Both the position numbers and the translations under genes were made by a program. Of a stretch of 64,000 bases of DNA, positions 12,335-25,084 are shown piece after piece. The notes under the pieces were generated by a model. The model was not told the origin of the DNA. It saw nothing but the letters and a program-made list of their open reading frames with translations, and did not search any database. Each line of letters opens with the position of its first letter. The first letter of the stretch is position 1. Origin of the DNA: Mobula hypostoma (Eukaryota); NCBI RefSeq assembly GCF_963921235.1, contig NC_086101.1:5086001-5150000 (forward strand), given 5' to 3'.

Positions 12335-13445
12335 GTAAGGTCTCAAACGTCACAGACTGTCGCTAGCCTGGAGTGAGCCTCTGGGACGCTCTGGTTCTCT
12401 GGCACATTGCGGAGCTGAGAACAAAGCCCCATTCTAAGCTCTTGAACTTGAACTGACAGAGCCATCTTCGATGGAGACAGTACATCCAGAGATGTCTGTT
12501 CTAAAGACCTTTGGCGGGTGGGGGTGGATTTCTCCTTGGGCCAGTGCTGAACCGATGTTCATCTGCCGTACCCAAAGCGGATATCTGCAGTTTCCACAAA
12601 GTGAAAGTGTCTGTCTTCACTCCCCTCCCGCTAACGGAGTGTGTGAAGCTGGGCGCCCTGGGAGGGGTGTATTCAGAACTTAGAACGTAGAATAGTACAG
12701 CACAGTACAGCCACTGTGCTGACCTTTTAAACTACTCTAAGATCTCTTACATTCCACATTGCCCTCCATTTTTTTTATATCATCCATGTGTCTGTCTAAG
12801 ACTCTTTTAAATGTCCCGAATGTATCTGCCTCAACCAGCACCCCGGCAGCGTGTTCTACGCACTTATCACGCTCTGTGGGGCGGGGGGTCTTATCCCATC
12901 CCTCCATACATTCCTCCGATCGCTGTACAATTATACCCTCTCGTATTAGTCCTTTCCACCCTGCGAGGAAAGTCTCTGGCTGCCCACTCAATCAATGTCT
13001 CTTATCGTCTTCACCTCATCCTCCTTTGCTTCACAGAGAAAAGCCTTGGCTCACTCAACCCGTCCTCATAGGACCTGCTCTCTAATCCAGGCAGCATTCT
13101 GGTAAATCTCCTCTGACTTGGGTTGAGGGGGATTCCGCATCGCAACTGGGGAATCTCCTTCTCACGCCGCACAGAGAGAAGCTAAATGAAATGACCCTGA
13201 GCCCCCAATGTCAACCCCAGCATTGTAAAACTCTAGTTAGCCCCAGCTGGAGTGTTGCATACAGTTGTGGTCACCCCATTATAGGAAGGGTGTCGAGGCT
13301 TTGGAGAGGGAGCAGAAGAGGTTGACCATGATTCTGCCTGGATTATAAAGAGAGGCTGGACAAACTTAGGTTGGTTTCACTTCATCAACAGAGGCTGAGA
13401 GATCTGATACAGGTTTATAAGATTATGAAAGGCATATATGGAGTA

Positions 13446-13760
13446 AGTAGTGGGCACATGGCCAAGTGGTTAAGGCATTGGACTAGCGACCTGAAGGTTG
13501 TGGTTTCGAGCCCCAGCCGAGGCAACGCGTTCTGTCCTTGAGCAAGGCACTTAATCACACATTGCTCTGCGGTGACACCGGTGCCAAGCTGTATGGGTCC
13601 TAATGCCCTTCCCTTGGACAACATCGGTGTCGTGGAGAGGGGAGACTTGCAGCATGGGCAACTGCCGGTCTTCCATACAACCTTGCCCAGGCCTGCGCCC
13701 TGGAAACCTTCCAAGGCGCAAATCCAAGGTCTCGCAAGACTAATGGATGCCTTTAATTAG
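13446..13760 (+). mobile_element. tRNA-derived SINE inserted in a CR1 fragment
   Basis: Pol III A box TGGCCAAGTGG and B box GTTTCGAGCC at tRNA-like spacing; direct repeat ATGGAGTA at 13438-13445 and 13761-13768. Confidence 0.85.
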
Positions 13761-14524
13761 ATGGAGTAGACAGACAGTAACTTTTTCCATGTCTGATACC
13801 AGAAGACATTTATTTAAGATGAGAAGGGGGAAATTTCAAAGGAGATGTGAGGGGCAGGGTTTTTTTTTACACAGAGAGTGGTGGGTGCCTGGAATACTCT
13901 GCCTGGGGTGATGGGAGAGGCAGGTACACTGGGGACTTTAAAAGATGTTTAGATAGACACATGAATGTGAGGAAAATTGGAAGGATACGGACATTGTGTA
14001 GGCAGAAGGGATTAGTTCGGTTGCCCTTTTGATGACTGATTTCATTGGATCGGCACAACATTGTGGGCCGAACGGCCTGTTCCTGTGTTCTATACAGGAA
14101 GCGTTAGGCCTGCAGAGCTGCCATCTCACTGTGAGAAATCTGAAAGATTTCCTGCACCGTGGTGGGGAGAGAACTTTCTCCCATCGGTGAAGGAACAGCT
14201 GTCTGACACTGACTCACCCAGCGTGGTGGCTAGCGAAATGCTTAGCAGTGGGGTCCGATTCCCACCGCTGTCTGTCAGGAGCTTGTACGTTCGCATTGTT
14301 CCCTCCCACATTCCAAAGACACGCGGGTTAGGGCTCGTGTAGCTGTGTTGGCGCTGGAAGTGTGGCTCGGACTGTGTTGGTCACTAATACAAATGGCACA
14401 TTTCACTTGCAATCCTACCAAACCCTTCAGCGTGACAGAGGTGTTTTCGGGGTGGGGCTTGTGTACCCCAGGCTGAGGTGGCTGGTTTGGAGATAGTTCA
14501 ACTCTGGTTTCTTTGTGTTTTCAG

Positions 14525-14551
14525 CCGCAGAAAGAGTCATTGACGCCGCAG
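14525..14551 (+). CDS. BTN gene A micro-exon 6 (27 nt; AAERVIDAA)
   Basis: ttctttgtgttttcag acceptor, AG|gtgagt donor; phase 1-1; joins in frame to the B30.2 exon. Confidence 0.85.
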
Positions 14552-15757
14552 GTGAGTGTCGTTTTGTTGATAACTCGAGCTGACCCAATATTCCGGCATA
14601 GTCATAACCTGGTGGGCTTCCCTTTGCAGGAAGAGCTGGAGATGGGAAGAGCGGAGGGTGGGGATGCCATCGGTGGGGAGGGGAGGAGGGGGTGCCATCG
14701 TTGGGGTGTGTTCGTCATGGGGAACAGGAGGTGTGCGTTCAGTTCAAAGTCAATTCATTATCAAAGTTCATGTGTATCACCAGACACAACCCTCAGATTC
14801 ATTTTCTTGTGGCCCTTCACAATAAGTACAAAGAAAAGTAATAGAATTAGTAAAAGGCTGTATCTAGCAAGGCAGCCAAACAACCAATGTGCAAAAGACA
14901 ACAAACTGCTGATACAAAAAGAGAGAAAAATAATAATAAATGAGCAATAAATATCGAGATCATGAGATGAAGAGTCCTTGAAAGTGAGTCCATAGGTTGT
15001 GGGAACAGTTCAGTGCTGGGGCAAGTGAAGTTATCCCCTCTGGTTCAAGAGCCCAGTGGCCGAGGGATAATGACCATTCCCGAACCTGGTGGTGTGGGTC
15101 CTGGGACTCCTGTACCTCCTGCCTGATGGCAGCAGTGAGACGAGAGCCTGGCCTAGGTGATGATTCCTGCTGGTTGAGGAGTAATAACTGTTCCTGAACC
15201 TGGTGGTGGGATTCCTGAGGCTCCTGTACCTCCTGCCTGATGACAGCAGTGAGACGAGGGCGCGGCCTGGGTGGTAGGGATCCTTGATGCTGCCTTCCCG
15301 CGTAGATGTGCTCAACGGGGAGGGGGGAGGGCTTTACCCGTGACAGACTCGGCCGTATCCACGACTTTTTCTAGGATTTTCCATTCAGGCGTTTCGGGGC
15401 AGACCGTGTGCTGCTTGGGAGGTGGGTCTGAGCTGGGGTAAAGGGGCTGGGTGGGAAGGTGTCCGTGTCCTGTGGGAGGAGCCATGCCGGGAGGCAGGGG
15501 CTGAAAGAGGGAGGGGTGAGTGTTGGGGGGGTTGCTGAGTGCTGTTGAGACAGATTTGGGGCTGGGGGGGTGTGGAACAGTGGCAAGGGGGTTTGTGCGG
15601 TGGAGGAAGCCCCTTGGGGAGGGACGGCCGCAGACTGGCTGGGGCTGCCACCAGGGGAGGATGAACCATGAAAGCCTGGAGCCGCGTTCTGGCCTGGTGT
15701 ACTAGTTCTGCCGGAAACTAGGTAGGCCTAACCTCCGGTCTCCTCCTCTTCCCTCAG

Positions 15758-16272
15758 TGTCGATCACCTTTGACCCAGACACCGCCAACCCGTACCTGGT
15801 CATCTCAGACAACCAGCTGAGTGTCTCGTTCACCGAAGAGTGGAACGAGAAAAAGGACAACTCCAAGCGCTTCAACGCCAGGCTCTTCGTGATGGCCTGC
15901 CAGGGCTACGACAGCGGCAGGCAGTACTGGGAGGTGTCGGTGGGTAACAAGCCCGACTGGGACCTGGGGGCGGCCTACGCGTCCATCCCCAAGAACGACT
16001 GGGTCACCCTGAGCCCCGATAACGGGATCTGGACCATCGGCAAGCGTGGCCAGTTGTACGAGGCCAACGATGAATTCCCCACGCCGCTGGAGGGGATGGC
16101 CGCTGCTGAGACCATTGGCGTTTACGTGGACCACAACCTGGGCAAGATCCACATATATGATGCCGAAGCCATGGCCCACATCTACTCATTTCAAGCCAAA
16201 TTTACTGAGAAAGTCTACCCTTTCTTCAGTCCTTGGGGGTCACAGGAGAAAATGAAGATCTCCCCCCTTTGA
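15758..16272 (+). CDS. BTN gene A terminal exon, B30.2 (PRY/SPRY) domain
   Basis: ctcttccctcag acceptor ending at 15757. Uninterrupted frame with PRY/SPRY motifs (ITFDPDTANPYL, RF..V....G..SGRQYWEVSVG, W.LG, IGVYVD...G.I..YD, VYPFFSP). TGA at 16270-16272. Confidence 0.95.
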
Positions 16273-16614
16273 CCCTTCCGGCAGTGAGTTTGATACGGGA
16301 GCACGGGAGGAAGCCTGTGGCCAACTGGGAAAATTACTCCTAAATTCATTAAACAGGAAGTGACCTTTACAGATGCCTTAAAGAGACACTGAAGAGATCA
16401 TAAACACCAGAGATTCTTCAGATGCTGGAAATCTGGAGCAACACACACTAAATGCTGGAACAATTTAGCAGATCAGGCCTCGTCTACGGAAATGTATAAA
16501 CAGTCAATATTTCAGGCTGAGACCCTTCACCAGGGGCTGAAAAGATGCCAGAATTTTTTTTAAAAATGGAGGGAGGGGACTATAAATTAGTGAGTCTCAC
16601 ACCAGTTGTAGGGA

Positions 16615-17420
16615 AATTTTATTTTTTATTTATTCGTTTACGGGATGTGGGCATCACCAGCTAATCCAGCATTTATTAACCATCCCTCGTTGCCGTTCAG
16701 AAGGTGGTGATGAGCTGCCTTCTTGAACCACTGCAGTCCCTGAGGTGTAGGGACACCTAAAGTGCTGATAGGGAGGGAATTCCATGATTTTGACCCAGTG
16801 ACAATGAAGGAATAGCGATACGTTTCCAGGTCGGGATGGTGAGTGACTTGGAGGGGGATTTCCAACTGGTGGTGTTCCCAGGTACCTGCTGTTCTCATCC
16901 TTCTAGCTTGTAGTGGTCGTGGGTCTGGAAGGTGCTGCCTTAGGAACTTTGGTGTGTTGTTGCAGTGCATCTTGTAGATAGTACACACTGCTGCAACTGT
17001 TCGTCGATGGTGGGGGGATTGGATGCTTGTGGAAGGGGTACCAATCGAGTGGGCTGTCTTGTACTGGATGGTGTCCAGCTTCCCGAGTTTTGATGGAACT
17101 GCACTCATCCAGGCGAGTGGCAAGTATTCCATTACACTCCTGACCTGAACCTTGTAGACGTTGGACAGGCTTTGGGGAGTCAGGAGGTGAGTTACATGCC
17201 GCAGGATTCCCAGCCTTTGACCTGCTCTGGTAGCCTCGGTGTTTCTATGGCCAGACCAGTTCAGTTTCCTGTCAATACTAACCCCCCAGGATGTTGATAG
17301 TAGGGGATTCAGTGATGGTGGTGCCACTGAATGTGAAGGGATGATGGTTAGAGCCTCCCTTGTTGGAGATGGTCATTGCCTGGCACTTGCATGGCTCGAA
17401 CATTGCTTGCCACTTGCAAG
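16615..17420 (-). mobile_element. CR1/L2-superfamily LINE 3' fragment (RT C-terminus)
   Basis: ORF 16638-17327 (KLNWSGH...AGQRLGILR...YKVQVRSVMEY...LDTIQ...WNSLP) followed by an A-rich tail on the minus strand. Exact clade uncertain. Confidence 0.8.
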
Positions 17421-17439
17421 GAAATTTTATGTTTCTGTA

Positions 17440-18530
17440 TTGAACATTTGGAAGCTCATGGCCTAATTAGGGAGAGCCAGCAATGCTTTGAGCATGGCAG
17501 GTCGTGCCGTATCAACTCAATGAATTTTGACATAGTGTCTAGAGAGATTGATGAGGTTAGGGCTGTGGATGTTGTCTACATGGATTTTAGTAAGGCATTT
17601 GACAAAGTCCCTCATGGGAGGCTCATCCAGAAGATTAACTATGGGGTCTGTGGCGAATTGGTTAGTTCCATCCAGAATTGGCTTGCTCATGCACAGAAGA
17701 CAGAGGGTCGTGGTCGAAGGGATGGATTCGAGCTGGAGGTCTGTAATTAGTGGTGTTCCACAGGGATCTGTGCTGGGACCCCTGATGTCTATAAACGACC
17801 TAGATGAAAATGTGGATGGATGGCTTAGTAAGACCCTTAGCAGTGTTGCTGAGTGGGCAGAACTTGGGGTCCAAGTTCACAGCTCCTTGAGAGCGGTTGA
17901 TAGGGCGGTTAAGAAGGCTTGTGGAATGCTTGATTTTATTAGTCAAGGCATTGGGTTCCAAAGTCAGGAGGAGATGCTGCAGCTTTATAAAACTTTGGTT
18001 AGGCCGCACTGGAGTGTTGAGTACGGTTCTAGTCACCCCGCTATAGGAAGGTTGCTGAGGCTTTGGAGAGGGTGCAGGAGAGGTTTACCAGCATGTTGCC
18101 TGGTTTAGAGGGCATCCGCTGTCAGGAGAGGCTGGGTAAACTTGGGTTGTTTGCTCTGGAGCGTCGGAGGCTGACGGGAGATCTGATAGAGGTTCATAAG
18201 ATTGGGAGGCATAGGTAGAGTGGACAGAGAGTTTCTCTTTCCCAGGGTAGAAGTGCCTAACACCAGAGCGCATGGATCGAAGGTGAGAGGGGATGTGTGG
18301 GGTACGTTTTTACTTGGAGAACAGCGGATACCTGGAATACGCTGCCTGGTCTGGTGGTAGAGGCAAATATACTAGAGGCCTTTAAGAGTCCTTTAGCTAG
18401 GCACATGAATATGAGGAAAATGGAGAGATATGGACATTGTGGAGGGATTAATTTTGGGGGGGGTGGGGTTTGATTTACTTTTCAACTGGTTCAGTGCAGC
18501 ATTGTGGGATTAATGGACTGGTCCTATGCT
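17440..18530 (+). mobile_element. Decayed CR1 LINE RT/3' end
   Basis: [37 protein letters not shown] motifs with frameshifts. Confidence 0.9.
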
Positions 18531-20284
18531 GTAGTCATAGTCATACTTTATTGATCCCAAGGGAAATTGATTTTCGTTACAGTTGCCCCAACCAAGAATA
18601 GAGTAGAAATATAGCAATATAAAACCATAAATAGTTAAATAGTAATATGTAAATTATGCCAGGAAATAAGTCCAGGACCAGCCTATTGGCTCAGGGTGTC
18701 TGACCCTCCAAGGGAGGAGTTGTAAAGTTTGATGGCCACAGGCAGGAATGACTTCCTATGACGCTCTGTGTTGCATCTTTTACCATTGGAAGCTGATGGA
18801 GCAGCTGATTCTGGTGGAAGGTAGCCACCAACCTGAAACGTGAACATTGAGTTTTCCATCTGCCAGTATTTTTCCCACTGTCCTTCCCATCCTCTTCATC
18901 TCCCCCCACTCTGGAATCTTAGCTTGTCTCCTTGCCTCCCTTTCATTCCCCCTCCTCCTTCCCTTTCTCCCATGATCCACTCTTCTCTCCTATCAGATTG
19001 ATGCTTCTTCAGCCCCTTAACTCTCCCACCTATCACCTCCCAGCTTCTTGCTTCATCCTCCTCCCCCACCCACCTGGCTTCACCTATCAACTCCTTGCCT
19101 GTACCCCTTTGCATCCCCCACCTTATCCTGGCACCTTCACCCTTCATTACCAAAGAAGTGTCTTTGCCTGAAACGTTCATTTCCATTTTTAAAAATGTAT
19201 TCCGAGATACAACATGGAACTGTTCCTTCCAACGCTTCAGGCCACGCTGCCTAGCAACTCCCAGTTTAACCCTAACCTAATCACGGGACAATTTGGACTG
19301 TGGGAAGAAACTGAGGCACCCAAAGGAAAGCACGCGGTTCACGAGGAGTAAGTACAAATTCCTTACAGATAGCTGATCTATCCAGTGGGATTAACTACCC
19401 ATGGCAGCAGAATAATCTTCACGAAGAGTTTCTTTCCCCCACCCACACAACCCAGTGTCTGCTGTGGTTCGTTCTGAAATGCACTCAGAAGTGTGTGAAT
19501 TAATGTGAACTCCAGATAGTCAAAAGGAAGGCCTGTAACTCCTGCACTACCCAGAATGTGAGAGACTTTCTGATACTGCATGTGGCAGTAATGTTGAACA
19601 CTGGAACTTTCTCTCTAAATTGTGACTTTCTGCCAAGTTCCTAAAGGTACCATTGACAGAGTGGCGCGGACAGCCCAACGCATCTGAAGATGTGAACCTC
19701 CCTCCACTGAGAACATTTATAGAAGCAGGCTCGGAAAATCATCGGGAACAGCAGTCACCCCAGCCACAATTTGTTTCAGCTGCTTCCGTCTGCCAAATGC
19801 TACCACAGTATTAAAGCCAGGGCCAACAGGCTACAGAACAGCTTCTTTCTGCAAGTTATTAGACTTTTAAATTCATGCCTCTATGCAGTATTGTAACAGA
19901 GTCATAAAGCAAAGCTCCCTAACATGGAATGGATGTGTGATATAATCAATTCTAAATTCTAGGTTTGTAAAAGTATTTTTTCAGAATTATCTACTGTGTA
20001 AATTTCATCTACTGTTTCATAACCCCTTTCGTATTGTGTTCACTCGCTCCAGTCACCTCGGAACCACGAAGAGAACCAAAGCCAGGAGATGTAGACAAAG
20101 CAGGAACTGGAAATAAACCTTTATTCAGTAATAATTACAAAACTCAGCACTACATCTCAAACCGCGACTATTTAAATAGTTTACACAACGAGCTTTCGAG
20201 ACAATGATAGGAACAATGGCTGCTAAATGAAGGTCAGCCTGGGATTGGTTGTTTTGACTCGCTGTAACAAGTATAAAAAGGCAG

Positions 20285-20393
20285 TCAACAGGAATTCTGC
20301 AGATGCTGGAAATTCAAGCAACATACATCAAAGTTGCTGGTGAACGCAGCTGCCTGGCCTGCTGCGTTCACCAGCAACTTTGATGTATGTTGC
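20285..20393. mobile_element. Penelope-terminus-derived fold-back mini-insertion
   Basis: Perfect 33-bp inverted arms (20318-20350 / 20361-20393); 12-bp direct repeat ATAAAAAGGCAG at 20273-20284 and 20394-20405. Confidence 0.85.
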
Positions 20394-21754
20394 ATAAAAA
20401 GGCAGCGGAGGTTTGAGATCAGAGAGTTCCTTCTAGATGAGCTGCCACCCACAGCCGACGTGCCTCGCCTGCCCAGAGTGACTGGATTTCAGGCACCAGT
20501 AACCCGCCTTTGCCCTTCTGGCAGTCGACACAACTCCCTTGGTATTAGTAGAGGTGGTGGCCAGGAGCGGGACTCGGCCATCACAGGCTATTTGAGACGC
20601 TCATCATTGAGAGTATTTAATAGGTCGTGGGATCTCATCCCCACTACCTCCCGCAGCTGTGACAACCTTCAGCAATTTGGACAGGCAATGGAGTAGGAAA
20701 GGCCTGGAGGGATGTGGGCAAATGGGATTAGTAAAGTAGGGTATCCTTTGCTCTGCTGTCCAATTCTCTGCTGCGTTCTGTAATCCTTAATAGTAGACTT
20801 GCACAAAACATTGCAGATGGACGTTCACCAAGGCTCTTTGTGACTGGCCTCGGCAGGAATAGACCACTACAGCACAGAAAGTGGCTCTTTGGCCCATTTA
20901 CTCCCTGCTGGATTATTATTCTGCCTAGTCCCATTGACCTGCGCCCAGACCATTGCCCTCCATAGCTCTCCCATCCAAGTACGATTCCGATTTCCTTGAA
21001 TGGTGCTATTGAACCGACATCCACCACTTCAACTGGCAACTTGTTCCACACCTGCACCATCCTGTGAGTGAAATCCCCCCACCCTCATGTTCACCTTAAA
21101 CATTTCACTTTTCACCCTTAACCCATCACCTTTAGTTCTCACCTCACCCAATCTCAATGGAAAAAGCCTGATTGCATTTACCCTATCTATACCCCGGATA
21201 ATTTTGTATTCTTCCATCAAATCTCCCCTCATTCTGCTATGCCCTGGGGCAGAAGTTCCTAACTTCTTTTATATCATGGAGACGTACCATTAACCCAGGA
21301 CCCTTGCTCTGCAGAATAAAGTCCTCACCTATTCAACTGTTTTCTATAACGCAGGGCCCCCAGTCCCGACAATGTTCTTGTAAATCTTCTCTGCACTTCT
21401 TCAATTTTATTGATATCTTTCCGTGTCTCAAACTCGCTGGTGATGCAACCAGTTTAAAGTGCTTGACTCTGATACTGTATTTTCCAAATGAAATAAATTT
21501 GCAAATGTATTTACCTATTTGTAATTGAAGATGAACACTTTCATTTTGTGTGTCTGTAAGAAGGAACATCAGATTTGGGCTGTCACACCTGCCCCTTTGA
21601 ACCTTTACCTGTACACTATATTTTTGGCAATGTCCAAAGTTTCCAAACTCAGGGTGGAGGGGCAGTGATGATGACCTACTGATTCCTTGTATGTATTTGT
21701 AATAAAGCCTTGTTAAAAAACAAATGGCTGCCTTTATTACTCTCCGTGAAATTA

Positions 21755-21829
21755 CGCTCAGTGGCCACTTTATTAGGTACGTTCTGTTGTAATGCAAGGC
21801 CCTGTACCTAATAAAGTGGCCACTGAGTA
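21755..21829. mobile_element. Tiny MITE-like element, probably Tc1/mariner-derived
   Basis: Perfect 24-bp inverted repeat CTCAGTGGCCACTTTATTAGGTAC (21757-21780 / 21804-21827) with a 23-nt spacer and TA near both ends. Family assignment is inferred. Confidence 0.7.
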
Positions 21830-22859
21830 CACTGTACGGTCGTGGTCATCTGCTAGCCAAAGTTTGGCGTGCTGTACATTCAGAGATGCTGTTCTCTGTG
21901 CATGGCTGTTTGAGTTGCTGTCACTTTCCTGTCAGCTTGAACCAGTCCGGCCATTCTCCTCTGACCTCTCTCATATCCGACTTTATTCACTGTGACATGC
22001 TATTGAGTCTGCAATAAAACCAAGGAGCTAGGACACGACACCGTGACTCTCATGTCATTTTGGAGTGGAGTTTGGCTGACTGTCTAGTTGATGTTACAAC
22101 GCCTGAGTGAGGGCAGTTTAGAATATCAGGTTTAATATCACTGGCATATGTTGTGAAATTTGTTGTTTTATGGCAGCAGTAAACTGGAACAATTAAAAAC
22201 TATAAATTACAGTTAAAAGTATATGAAAATTGAATAAGAGGTACAAAAATACGGGGGGGGGGGGAGTGGTGAGGTAGTGGCCATTCAGAAATCTGATGGC
22301 AGAGGGGAAGAAGCTGTTCCTGAAACGCTGAGTGTGTGTCTTCAAGTTTCTGTACCTCCTCCTCAATGATAGCAATGAGAGGAGGACATGTCGTGGGTGA
22401 TGGGGGTCCTTAATGATGGATGCTGCCTTTTTGAAGCATTGCCCTTGAAGATGATTGAGTGCTAAAGATATAGTGATCATAATATGAAAGAATTCTCCCA
22501 GTAATGTGAGAAGGAGAATCTAAAGTCGGACGCATCAGTATTGTAGCGGAGCAATGGGAATTTACAGAGCCATTGGAGAGGAGCTGGCCAAAATTGATTG
22601 GAAGGGAACTCCAGCAGCAATGGCTGGAATTTCTGGGAGTTACAGGATAGATACATCCCAAAGACGATGAAGTATTCTAATAGCAGGATGATGTAACCGT
22701 GGCTGACAAGAGAAGCCAAAGCAACAGGACAAAAATTAGAAGGGAAATCGGAGTATTCGGTAGCTTTTTAAAACCACCAGAAGATTTAGTAGCTTTTACA
22801 AAGTCATAAAAAAAGGAAAAGATGGAGTACAGAGGGTTTTTTTAAAAATCATTCTTTTA

Positions 22860-25080
22860 TTGCTATAGAAGCAGATTAAGGCCATTCAGCCCATTGGGTC
22901 TGCTGTCATCCCATCATGGCGGATGCTGGATCCCACACTACCCCCTACACTTGCCTTCTCACCCTATCCTTTGGTGCCCTGAAACTATCAAATTCAGGCT
23001 TAAATATACCCACGCACAACCTCCACCGCAGTCTGTGGCAGAGCATTCCACAAATTTACGACTTTGGCTGAAAAAAGAAATCATCCTTACCTCTGTTCTA
23101 AAGGGTCGCCCCCTCAATTTTGAGACTGTGCCCTCTAATTCTGGATACCCCTACCATAGGAAACATCTTCACATCCACCCCATCTAATTACAGGCCCAAA
23201 GCTGCCAAACGCTCCTCGTATGTTAACCCCTTCATTTCCAGAATCGTCCTCTGCACTCTCTCCAATGACAACACATGCTTTCTGAGATATGGGGGCAAAA
23301 CTGTCGACAATACTCCAGGTGTGGCCTGACTAGTATCTTATAAAGACTCAACACTATCTCCTTGATTTTATATTCTATTCCCCCTGAAATAAATGCCAAC
23401 ATTGCATTTGCCTTCTTTACCCCAGACTCCACCAGTAAGTTAACTTTCTGGGAGTCTTACACAAGGACTCCTAAGTCCCTCTGCACCTCTGATGTTTGAA
23501 CCTTCTCCCCGTTTAGATAATAGTCTGCACTATTGTTCCTTTTACCAAAATGCATTATCATACATTTCCCAACACAGTATTCTATCTGCCACTTTTTCCC
23601 CATTCTTCCAATTATTCTAAGTCCTGCTGCAATCGCATCGCTTCCTCAGCACTACCTACCCCTCCACCCATCTTCGTATCATCCGCAAACTTTGCCACAA
23701 AGCCATTAATTCCATTATCTAAATCACTGACAAACATTGTGACAAGTAGTGGTCCCAATACTGACCCCTGAGGAACACCATTAGTCACTGGCAGCCAACC
23801 AGAAAAGGCCCCTTTTATCCCCACTCTCTGCCTCCTGCCTGTCAGCCATTCTGCTATCCACGCCAGTATCTTTCCTGTAATGCCATAAGATTTGTTACGC
23901 AGCCTCATGTGTGGCACCTTATCAAAAGCCTTCAGAAAATCAAAGTAAATGACATCCACTGCCTCTCCTTTGTCCACCCTGCTTGTTACTTCCTCGAAGG
24001 ACTCTAACAGACTTGTCAGGCAAGATTTCCCTTTACAGAAAACATGCAGACTTTGACTTATTTTGTTAGTCTCCAAGTACCACGAAACCTCATCCTAAAT
24101 AATAGACTCCAACACCTTCCCAGCCACCGAGGTTAGACTAACTGGCCTGTCATTTCCTTTCTTTTGGCGTCCTCCTTTCTCAAAGAGTGGAGTGACATTT
24201 GCAATCTTCCAGTCCTCCAGGACCATGCCAGAATCAAATGATTCTTGAAAGATCATGACCAATGCATCCGTTATCTCTTCAGCAACCTCTCTCAGGATTC
24301 TGGGATGTAGTCCATCTGGTCCAGGTGACCTAAGACCTTTGAGTTTGCGTAGCACTTTTTCCTTTGTAATAGCAATGGCACTCACTCCTGCTCCCTGACA
24401 CTCACAGACCTCTGGCATACAGCTAGTGTCTTCCACAGTGAAGACTGATGCAAAGTACCCATTAAGTTCATCTGCCATTTCTTTGTCCCCCATTACTACC
24501 TCACCAGCATCATGTTCCAGTGGTCCAATATCAACTCTCACCTCCCTTTTACTCTTCATATAACTGGAAAAAACTTCTGGTATCCTGCTTAATTATTGGC
24601 TAGTTTGCCCTCATATTTCATCTTTTCCCTTCTTATAGCTTTTTTAGTAGCTTTTTAATGGATTTTGAAAGCTTCCCAATCATCCAACTTCCCACTCACT
24701 TTTACTACTTTATATGTCATTTCCTTGGCTTTTATGCAGCCCTTAACTTCCTTTGTCAGCCATGGTTGGCTACCCCTGCCATTTGAGAACTTCCTCCTTT
24801 GGTGGACATATCTATCCTGTGACTTGTGAACTATTCCCAGAAACTTCAGCCATCTCTGCTCTGCCATCGTCCCTGCCAGTATCCTCCTCCAATCCACCTG
24901 GGCAAGCTCCTCTCTCGTGCCTCTGTAATTCCCTTTACAGTACTCCATTGTGATACTGACACATCTGATTTATGCTTCTCTCAAACTGCAGCCTGAATTC
25001 AATCATATTATGATCACTGTCTCCTCAGTGTTCCTTTACGTTGATCTCCCTAATAAGATCTGGGTTATTACACAACACTA
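22860..25080 (-). mobile_element. CR1 LINE ORF2 remnant
   Basis: Minus-strand ORFs with [56 protein letters not shown]. Confidence 0.92.
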
Positions 25081-25084
25081 TTAC

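Noticed and set aside
13451..13525. tRNA gene
   Set aside because: A and B boxes are present, but the sequence runs on into a ~240-nt body and is flanked by a TSD, so it is a SINE head.
15040..15280. ~115-bp tandem duplication upstream of the B30.2 exon
   Set aside because: An internal duplication in a decayed Rex1-type 3' fragment with no evident function.
20013..20269. Short solo LTR (TGTTTCA...TGTAACA)
   Set aside because: The termini match imperfectly and the flanks (CTAC / AGTA) are not a TSD.
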